A DNA stretch of 59,866 nucleotides, the filler included, from Sphacelaria rigidula (taxonomy: Eukaryota): assembly GCA_964200075.2 (NCBI GenBank). It is 10 parts of 10 records of this genome, joined end to end, with 100 filler letters (N's around TTAATTAATTAA, not from the genome) between each part and the next. Parts side by side here need not be neighbours in the genome. Positions count along the whole stretch, not along the records: positions 47,975 to 53,870 come from CAXNAA020023656.1; positions 53,971 to 59,866 come from CAXNAA020023657.1; 8 more parts are not named here. The stretch is one strand, 5' to 3'. The position numbers and the translations under genes were made by a program. The notes below the pieces were generated by a model. It worked only from the letters and a program-made list of their open reading frames with translations, was not told the origin of the DNA and searched no databases. Shown one piece after another: positions 50,491-59,866 of this stretch; position 1 is the first letter of the stretch; each line of letters opens with the position of its first letter.

Positions 50491-52147
50491 GGGGAATAAA
50501 TATTTGGAATCCAATCTGAACCAGCTCGTAACGAGTATGCTTGGTGGAGGAAACTCGGGAGAGGGGAAGAAAAAAGCAAGGAACAGAGAAGAAACAGCGC
50601 AGTACAAGCAAAAGACAACAAACGGCGAAAAAGTGACAGAACGGGGAAGGGGAGGAAAATACTAAATATGGAAGATGCACTGTTTGTAGGATGAAAAAAC
50701 GCGCGCCCCTACAGTACTGTGTTACGTACCTGCTGCACTTAGCACTGATTATGCGTGGTGGTGGTCACACTGCAAGGCATGTACCCGCTAGAACTACGGA
50801 TTACAACATATCATGAGTTTTGCGCAGTGCTATTGTAACACTTCGAAACCTGGAACCACCCTCAAAGGGCGAGCGTTGAGGCTCAATGCGCGTGGTGGCC
50901 CAATTTTGCGGTGGCGGCCCTCTAGAAATCTCTCATACATTGATCGTGAATATAAGACATGCGCAGATCGTACGTACATTTGACTTGATACATATATTTC
51001 GAAGTACGTGTCAATATTGATGACCCGGATGGAAGAACCAGTCAACGTGTACTACCCTTGTGCTGGTGACTGCATAAAGCGGTGCTCACAAGAAGAACTG
51101 TGAACTGATTCACAAGTACGAAGTCGACCGGTGCACAACAAGTGCAGTGATGTACTTGACAACACTACTGTGTCTGGCGATTGGACCGACGCCGTTGTGT
51201 CAACTGTTCGGGCGTGCGCTTTAATCGTGTCCGTTCGACGACACATGAAACACAGAACACAGAGCAGGTACAGACAGTGTAGTACACGTATCAAATAACA
51301 TATCTCCTACCCCAGCGACCGACGCGGGTATCTTCCGATCACTTTTTGCCCGGTGAATCAAGAACTGCACGGCGATACTAAACCTAGTACGATTGCTTCT
51401 GTGTCATGAAGTGAATCAACCCGCATTTGGATGAGGATCGGCCGGCACCTGCTTCGACTTCCCGAGAACTACTCTATGCTCTGCCTCCACTTGAATATCC
51501 TCTTGTGAAACGCTGTGTAAGATTTACGTTCCCCGCGGAAGAAGGATCCCGCAGACAGCAAACTCTTCTCAAATTCTGAAAACACTTGGTTGTAGTGTGA
51601 ACCATCATATTTGGATCCGTTCAAAACTCACAGTGCCAAGGGCATGCCCCGCGTGCTCAGCACACTTTTTGGCTCTTACACAGGGCGATTTCAGCTTCGC
51701 CAATGCACATTTTCCTCTGCACACTGCGTGTATCACCCTTGCCCGTGGGTTCCCGGGCTAAGTTAGTTTTGGGTTTGGATTAGGAGTAGCCTCATGTGTT
51801 AACAAGGACAAATTATGTCGAACTGTGGGTTCAGGAAGCCGAGTTGTGTAGGACCCCCCCCCCCTCCCCCTCTAAAAAGTAGTGTAAATAAGTCCAAAAT
51901 GGATGTGTTTCCATAACTTGCTCAAGGCACTGAAATTGCCACTTTTGTTGTTCCCTCTCTCTCGAGCGTGCCCTCCTGTTTGTACCACTTTGGTCGCGAG
52001 GCGTGTCGTTTCTAGCGAGCGCCTCCTTGTCAAAGTTGCCGTACTTGCGTGCTTCGAAGGGGGTTCAAACCAGGTATCCTGCTCCAGTCCGGGGACGGGG
52101 GAAGTATGCATACTTTCTACAGTTTTCATTCTAATATACTTGTTCAA

Positions 52148-52362
52148 GCCGTGACTGTCTCTGGAAATGGCAATACCAGAAAATGAACCAACTCACTGGA
52201 GGCTGTCATCCGATTGCAAAATAATCAGTACGCTTCGGGCCGAACGCGCCCGGTGATTGACCGCGAGCCTGGTTCGGCGAAAACCCGGCGTGCTCCGTCC
52301 CGGCTTTGTAGGGATGCGAGGTCAAAAGTCACATTACTATGGCATGCAAGATCATGAATCTA
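52148..52362 (+). mobile_element. Family A copy with an internal deletion, ending at a C-run
   Basis: Matches 32430-32678; ends GATCATGAATCTA|CCCCCGCCC. Confidence 0.85.
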
Positions 52363-52847
52363 CCCCCGCCCACCCTCGGGAAGGCTCACGGTTAATGACA
52401 GTTGGAGTCTTATTAAGAAGGTGCGTTACCGCGAACTGGTCGATATTTTCCGTAGATGGGCATGGGCATGACCTGTCCTTGTCAAACCCTACGGCCACCC
52501 CTAATCCAAATGCAAGACAAGGCTCACCAGGAAATGAGCCACGTTTGCAGAGCTTCACGGCGCCGGTATGAACAAAACGACATCTCGCACAGGCTGTGCG
52601 GGCACACGGGACTGTCAGCCCTTCAAACATGCGAGCGGATTAGTCTGCACTAAAACCGAGTATTCGTTCCAACACAAGACTTTGTTCATCAGCTCGCGTG
52701 AACTCTACTGCTCACGAGCGTGCCCCTTACGTAGGTACGGAGGACGACGGCGTATATCACAGGTGCGTTGTACACCACCCTCTCAATGACCCCTTCGTTG
52801 CACCTAGGTTGATAGACTGTAAAGGGGTACGTGGCGTATCGCTTCCC

Positions 52848-52912
52848 CCTCCGTCTCGAAAGATGTGCGTGGTCAAGGGTTGAACAACTAAGGCAGGCAA
52901 CAAATGAGGACG
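52848..52912 (+). mobile_element. LINE 3'-end fragment between C-rich tracts
   Basis: CTCCGTCTCGAAAG...GCGTGGTCAA...CTAAGGCA.GCAACAAATGAGGACG|CCC. Confidence 0.75.
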
Positions 52913-53870
52913 CCCACTCCCCCGAAATATCACGCACGGGTAATGATTTTCCAATCCCCCAGAGTCATCAACCAGGGGTCGGGTACACTGTGGTTTACGG
53001 TATACTGCGCTCTTGATGCTTTGATCACAAGTGTAGGTCATCTGGGCCTGACGCTAATTTTTCAAGTGAAAACGGCACCGATCCAAGGGACGACCTACCC
53101 TGGCGGTCAAGCAGTTGACCTCATACTCATCAAAGGGTGGAACGTGCGGACATTTTCTTGATTGGTGGGTGCATGGTTCATGAGATGGCGTAATGTTGCA
53201 CACATGAAGCAAGAGGTGTGATTTCCACTCACCAACCCCACTATAATGTTGGAGGCATGATTCGTGACGTTATGGAAACATGGTACAGTAGATCTCTGTG
53301 TTGCTTGGAGGAATCGCCGAAGGTTTTGATGTTTTTTGGAATAATCAAGCGTGCATGCGTTCACATACCCACTGGAGTAAACCGTCAAAAAGGGGGCTGG
53401 TCGTTTTTCGGTTCCATGTCCTGATTTATCGGTTTTGCCCCCGCTTCATCTCTACCCTTCTTTAAATTTTTGACCCCTTGGTCGTGTAATAGTCTGATCC
53501 CATGTATGCTGATGCACGCGTTTGAGCCTTGATCTCGATGTGCGACTTCTTGTTCAGCGAAGATCCCAACATACCTGCAGACGAAGAGTCAGCTATTCGC
53601 ACTGCAAATAAATCTCGTACCCTCCACAGGAGGATATTGGCGGACTAGCTTGTTTCCTCTTCCCCCCTCCTTTTTTTCCTTTCGTTTTCCCTTTCTTTCT
53701 ACTCGAGTTTCTGTCCCGCGAGTGTCGTTTCCGCTTTTTACATTATTTTGGCATTCCGAGGCTGAACAATGACGGTTGCACAGTTGCGCGGCACTGCGCG
53801 GGTGTCATATTCCCCCCCCAAACACACTACCCCCCCGCACCCGCCCCCACCACCCATCCAACCCCCTCAC

Positions 53871-53970
53871 NNNNNNNNNNNNNNNNNNNNNNNNNNNNNN
53901 NNNNNNNNNNNNNNTTAATTAATTAANNNNNNNNNNNNNNNNNNNNNNNNNNNNNNNNNNNNNNNNNNNN
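53871..53970. other. Artificial contig spacer
   Basis: N44-TTAATTAATTAA-N44. Confidence 0.98.
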
Positions 53971-56900
53971 ATGGCTATTCTTAACACCAACCTCATTTTG
54001 GGCCGGAAAAGGGCAAACATGCAACGCTTGTCGAAAAGGAGCCGCGAAATGGTTCAACAAACAACCCCCCCCCCCCCCACCCCCCCCGGGAACAGGACAT
54101 CCTGCGCGTCACCTGGTAATTACTTCTAACCCTCGCGCACGGCTGAACGTCGCGGCGATTTCCGTAGGGTCCGTTTTTCCTGTCGGCACACGCATTCGTC
54201 GAAAGGATAGAACGACGTAACAAAAGAGCATAGAAACAAGCGTTGTCTGAGGTGGGAAAGATCAACAATACTGCGGGAAGTCTCTTACTTCACGTCGAAC
54301 ACGATATGAGCAAATTGTCATCGCATGCATCCAAATTTGCCATCATGGCTCGCCACCAACGTAACAATGCCGAATGCGGGTCGCCGGCGTCAACGTACCG
54401 CCCCCCCCCTCCAGGCTGGCGCTGCTTGTGCTGACGGAGGGCCTTCAAACATGCGTCCGCTGTGAGACTTTCGAGATTTTGTTTACAATTTTTCCTCCCC
54501 ACTCCGCAGACACCCAGGTACTGCAGTTCATATCAGCAATAGTATCTTCACGCCATTATATTGATTTCGAAACCCATCTACGCGCATTTTGAATTCCCTG
54601 ATATTATACGTTGGGTAATAGTTAGGCTGTGATCACGAAAGGCGTCCACATTAGATGCTCACTACAGATATCGCAATGCTTTTTTATGTGAAGACAACAA
54701 CAACAACGACGCCTTCAACGTATTTATGCTCCAAAGCAATCCAGATCAAGAGCACAGGTATCCCATCACGCAGTGGGCTGCAAATACGCCCCTGGGTCCG
54801 TGGTGTATCCACGACGCCAAAATACAAACGGCTGTAAGGGAAAACAAGTTCCAAGGCTGAAAAATACCTCGAAGTAACTGACCTGAATCTGTTGTTGTAC
54901 GGGCAATCATACTCGTATTGGCCGGAGCACCACAACTGCTATACAGTAGTAGTGAATCACGCAGTAGTAAACCATACATGTTCTTTGATTATGTCACGTA
55001 ATGTCGTTGTCGTCACAGCTCAGCTGGCGGCCATTTGCACTCGCCATGTCGCGTAACTTGCTACATAAAAAGGATACACCGTATGTTCGCCCCGGTGCAT
55101 GAAGTGCGCACCCAGCGCGTGTGTTCGTAAAACAACTCAAAGTCATCGTTGGCTGCCCAATCAACACACGCGCTGTTGTTGCCGACGGCTTGCGTTCCAC
55201 GCGAAAACAACATCGATGCCTTCCTCAGCGCTGTCTTCGTACCCTATGTGTGTTCCGTCAGACCACATGCGGCACACAATACAGCCTAGTCCATTCAGAC
55301 CACAGGTGACATGTACGAGACGTAATATAATCGCCGTGTATACTTCGACACGTTGACAGCGCAGGTCGGTGCCGTCTCTCTGGGTCGGAAATACTTTGTG
55401 CCAAAGTTTGCCTGGGACTCGCCAACAGCATTGCGTCACAACGACTACGCGTGCGCAATGTTGCAAAGTACAGGGTAAAACAGTACTTGCACAACTGTAG
55501 TCGAGGGGCAACGCCTAACCCTGCGGCCACCATGTACGGAGCGCTCACGGTTTCCGAATAACATGAGCCAAAAGAGAAAACATATCGAACCACGGGACGA
55601 CAGGTCTGCAACGCAAGATATACACTCAACAGGCAGCGCCAGCGACTACGATCAAGCCTCGACAGGTGGTGCTGCATGGAGCATTTAGCTCTGGGAAGGG
55701 GGGTCGAACCTGCTGTGAGCGCGTGGAGAATAGTGCTGAGATTGTACGACACGTGCTGATGAAAGGACGCATGCTGCGCCATCTCGAGCACCTTGTTTTC
55801 AACCTGATCGGTCACACGAACACCCAAAAGCAACCACAACAACAGCAGACATTACAAAAAACAGCATGGTACCGGAGCCACGGTAGAAATTGATCTGAAA
55901 TTTCCTACATCAAGCTCATCACAAAACAGCAGCTCTACCGTGAATGATATAGCCAGCCGAACGGCTTGCAAGTCGAAAACAAACGCTGAAAACAACCGGA
56001 AACAAAAACATACAGCACATTAGTGCATTGTAGTCACAAACATAGGCATGGAGGGCATCAGCAGCAACAGAAGCAGCAGCAGCAACAGCAGCAACAACCA
56101 AGTGCGATCTGCTCCACTGTCCACATGACTAGCATATGTTCTAGAGTAGGTACAGTCACTAGTGTACAGCAGTAGAAAGGCACAATCTATGTCGGGTGGA
56201 TGCACAGGCGAGTGGTTTGCTTCGAACAAGAGTCGGAGGCGACAGTACCCACGCTAGGAGGAACGTACCATTTCTGCAGTAGATGAACGCATGTTGAGTT
56301 CTACCGCAGCCCAAGGCCGGTCCACTCCGTCTTCACTGGCTCTCCCGATTGCCCTCCTGCCCAGCTTCCTCGCCTTTCGTACCTCACGGGAGGACACTAC
56401 AATTCAGTACCAACTTTATAGTGCAGATAGGTGCAATCAGTAGATGCAGACGGCAGACAGTATACTATACTCGGTATATACTTCAGAAGAACGGTAGAAC
56501 ACGGAGGTGGAGTATCTCTGCCAGGGCCTATATTATATTCTTTTTTCACTATTCAGAATTTCATGACAACATGTCTGGGGAATCCAAGTAGACAATGACC
56601 GTGTCATACTGCATTCTCACGGGGTGAAAGGATACAGCTGGCTATGCGTATGCGATTCATACAAACTGCACAGTTTAGTTCGCTGTGTACAACGATGGGA
56701 CAAGTTCAGGTGATCCGATGCAGGATTTAAAAACCTAGATTGAATGGTTACAGGTGAAGTCGTAGCCACACAATGTTGTGCAGAATTCTGCCGACATGGA
56801 ACCCAATACGTCAGACCGGTCGAACCAAGCGTACCCATACCAGTCCTCAACCTCTGCTGGCTACGAGCACTGATCCAGTTTTGTGGCGCGTGGTCATGGA

Positions 56901-57560
56901 CCTCGCCATGGACCTCCAGAAAATAAAATGCAGGTAACTTCAGCGGTGAAACACCGACCAGCGTTCGTTCTCTACTTCGGGGCCGCACCCGATAACGGGG
57001 AACGAGTGATCGGCAGAAGTGTGAGAAGAGCGGGCAGGGAATGGTGGTTAGACAATACAGTATTAATAGTAGGGGACTGGGGCGCGGTGAGGATGGTCGC
57101 GTAATGATATCCCCCCCTACCCTTTATCGTTCGCTGTCGTCGTCAGGTCACCACAGTCTGTGCCGCACTCTCTAGTACGCACCGTACAGAATAAAGTCCA
57201 GCATGTATTAAGACAGTTGCGCCAGTGTTGTACTTGTGCAGTAAGTCGGCCGTTCTGCGCCTTTCTATATCTTGAGTCCGTTCGAGGGTCACTCTAGCTA
57301 TAGTACAGAGTCAACGGCGGGCCGGATTCATCTCCAATAGTACGCGATGTCGCAAAGAATGCGTGGGCGCTTCGGCTTGATATGACGGATCCGACCGTTG
57401 CGCGGTGGTGGACACTAGCTCTATTGAATGGAACGCTGTTTGAACACGACTATCTCGACGACTTTGACGTGACGAAAGGCGCCCCGATTGACACGACCCA
57501 GAAGAGGAAGAGATAGATGATATTATACCACTGTCTGCTTCACCGTTTTCTTCTGCATTC

Positions 57561-57714
57561 TAGCCGGTCGCCCCGGTGGCTCAGTTGGTAACCTCGGAAC
57601 CTTCTGACGGTTGTATCGTAGGTGCGAATCTCGGAGCGATCTGGGGTTTTTCCCCACACAAGGCCCAACAGTGGAGAGCGACTACTCGTATGTCGTGGAT
57701 ACAAAAAAATCGAC
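57561..57714 (+). mobile_element. tRNA-derived SINE-like head and body
   Basis: Pol III A-box TGGCTCAGTTGG (57577-57588) and B-box-like GGTGCGAATCT (57621-57631) at tRNA-like spacing, without a complete cloverleaf. Confidence 0.7.
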
Positions 57715-57718
57715 TTAA

Positions 57719-58184
57719 AACAGCCGATCATCGAAATTGAGGATGGAGCTTTTCATTGAGGATGAGAGCCCGGAGGATTCAAATTATTTTCGTATCCGCA
57801 CCAAATCTTCGAAATACTATTTCATTCCTTCACCTACTACTGGTAGTTATTGACAACTGCTACGACGTACACGCCCTACGAATTTGGATTTCGATAACCG
57901 AAACGTTAAGGTCCTGGATGAAGAAACAGTTCTGGGGCATTTAGGTGATGCGATCGGATCGCCGCAATTCCCAGAATTGTTTTTTCACCTAGGACCTGCT
58001 AGGACCCCAACATTTCGGTTATCGAAGTTCAAATTTGTGTGACATATAGTACTTGTCAATAGCTACCAGTAGGTGGAGAAAGGTAATCATGATTGGAAGG
58101 TTTGGTGTGGATACGAGGATTTCAATCCTCCGGGTTCTCATCCTCAATGAAAAGCTCCATTCTCAATTTCGATGATCGGCTGTT
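57719..58184. mobile_element. 466-bp foldback MITE (nearly the whole element is an inverted repeat), flanked by TTAA
   Basis: AACAGCCGATCATCGAAATTGAG...CTCAATTTCGATGATCGGCTGTT; arms pair for more than 200 bp; TTAA at 57715-57718 and 58185-58188. Confidence 0.92.
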
Positions 58185-58289
58185 TTAACCCTCAGGCCGC
58201 GAGGGTAGTCCATCGGAATCATGCAGATACTTTTTTCAAGTGAAATCGATGCCATGCAATAGATGATCTACTCTCGCCGTCGAAAGTTT

Positions 58290-58510
58290 GATGGTCGACG
58301 AGGGCAAGGGACTGCTTGACCCCTTCTGCTGGACCCCTTCCGCGATAAAAAAAAAAGAAGGCAAGCACCGCAGAAGGAAGGTGGAGAACTAAAACAAACA
58401 AAAAGGAAAAAACTCCTGTGTTAGCCTTCCTCCTGTGTGACCCCGGCTAGTGCGCCCACGTATGCCGAAAGATGTATAGACCGGCGTCCAGAATAGATGG
58501 GACGACAACA
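58290..58510. repeat. Dispersed repeat family C
   Basis: Colinear with 27880-28110. Confidence 0.85.
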
Positions 58511-58671
58511 CACAGACACAAACACACAATGTTGTCTCTACTGTATTATACGGCACACTGTTGTACCAGGGGTGCCCATATTTCAACTTCAATCGGAAAG
58601 CATACACACCCCGGAGGTTGAAATTATGCAGATTTGGGAACGGCGGCGGGGTCTCTGGATTGGGGAGGGGG

Positions 58672-59153
58672 TATGCTCACGATCTTGCACTCCGTAGTCG
58701 TAAGAACGTTGATCTTGCATCAAAGCCGGGGTGGAGCACGCCGGGTTTTTGCCGGGCCAGGCTCGCAATCACAAGCACGAAGCATTGTGATGTGTTTGGC
58801 GAGTCGCATGGCGGGTGAGCTGCATCCTGCCAACATAGTTCCGCCCGAAGCGTACTGATTACCTTGCATATGGACGGCAGCCTACAATTTATTGTTCTAT
58901 TTTGTGGTATCTCCCCTTAAGCATGAATGCTGTCACCATGTTAAAATAACGTACTGTAGTACGAGCATCCCCTTCGCGCGGAGTTGGGATCCTCCACCCC
59001 GCACAATATGATCTAGCTCGACCACCATCATGGTTACCGCAAAAAATACTCGCGAAAAAAACGGTAACGTGGTTGCCTAGCTCACGTAGTGAGGGGCATG
59101 TCTTTCTATACAGCGTAATTGCCAACCGATGCCAAATCCGCGGAAATAAGCCT
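58672..59153 (-). mobile_element. Most complete family A copy (~480 bp) with a probable TSD
   Basis: Flanked by TGGATTGGGGAGGGGG (58656-58671) and TGGATGGGGGGGGGGG (59154-59169). Confidence 0.85.
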
Positions 59154-59610
59154 TGGATGGGGGGGGGGGGCAATATCGCGGCATTGTCCCCCCTCGTCCA
59201 GTATATTGGTATAGTGTCTACGTTTGAAGTCGCAGTTGCTCTTTAGAGCATGTTCAAGTAGCCTCGTGGACAGCAACATGTAGACGAAAGACCGCTTGCG
59301 GTGATTTGTGGGGGGACATTGCACCAACCAGAGCTATCATTGTGGTCACTCCAACCCCCATCAGGCCTGTCACCCTAACAAGAAATTTCCTGGCAATACG
59401 TTCGGCTGATTGATTCAGGGAGCATTATTTGATGATCGTGCAACCCGCACGCCCTCCCTCAAGGACACATAATTGCCATCACGATAACCCCGATAACATG
59501 GCCGTGAATGTCAATTGTCGGTCATGATTGACTGGCATAAAACTATTTATCGATTGCTATTGCAAGCAACAATGTAGATACAGCACAACGGATACCATGC
59601 ATCACGGCGC

Positions 59611-59866
59611 TAACAAACACGGGATCTTACTAATTGGGGATGGATCTTTTATTGGGGATGAGAAACCCGGAGAATTACATTCTTCGTATCCACATCTAAT
59701 CTTCGAAATACATTCTTCGTATCCACACCCAATCTTCGAAATACATTCTTCATATCCACACCCAATCTTCGAAATATGGTTCCATTTTTTCACCTACTGA
59801 TAACAGCCAATCATCTATGTTGAGGATGGTGCTTTTGATTGAGGATGAGAACCAGATCGGAAGACG
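59611..59866. mobile_element. Two head-to-tail left arms of the foldback MITE family; the first has a 33-bp triplication
   Basis: Homologous to 57719-57840; TACATTCTTCGTATCCACACCCAATCTTCGAAA x3 at 59676-59774; a new arm AACAGCC starts at 59802. Confidence 0.8.

Noticed and set aside
5898..53970. Regularly spaced TTAATTAATTAA palindromes as a biological repeat array
   Set aside because: Each is centred in an identical N44-x-N44 block between length-sorted contigs; it is a concatenation spacer.
55258..55842. 194-aa ORF or small exons on the minus strand (for example 55710-55803)
   Set aside because: Splice-like sites exist, but there is no recognisable protein family and no unique exon chain can be supported.
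57570..57645. Functional tRNA gene
   Set aside because: A and B boxes are present, but the B box is mutated and I cannot form anticodon and T stems; this fits a SINE head.

Overview
This is not one locus. The window is ten unrelated ~5.9-kb contigs (six of 5897 bp, four of 5896 bp, length-sorted) joined by an artificial N44-TTAATTAATTAA-N44 spacer, so nothing can be inferred from adjacency across spacers. The sequence is intron-rich, repeat-dense eukaryotic DNA, most likely a brown alga (inference from GT-AG exon structure, a signal+SAF plastid-type presequence, TTAGGG-type repeats and gene content). Recognisable gene pieces: the last exon of a DUF1749 alpha/beta-hydrolase convergent with the last three exons of a UBR1/PRT6-type E3 ligase, the last two exons of a tail-anchored ALDH3-like dehydrogenase, single exons of an IDO-family dioxygenase, a GH16-like protein and a Ser/Thr kinase, a probable plastid-targeted first exon, and a sulfotransferase pseudogene. 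Most other ORFs in the track are spurious. The most interesting signals are in the mobile DNA: (1) an APE-type LINE and a ~480-bp partner element share a 3' end and insert at C-runs, with target-site duplications that begin with oligo(C); (2) two diverged relics of one intronless gene on different contigs, with a motif order resembling Fanzor1 (tentative); (3) MITEs with AAC...GTT termini and variable 4-bp TSDs; (4) two MITEs with different TIRs carrying the same telomere-repeat cassette. All family assignments come from motif recognition by eye; no searches were run.
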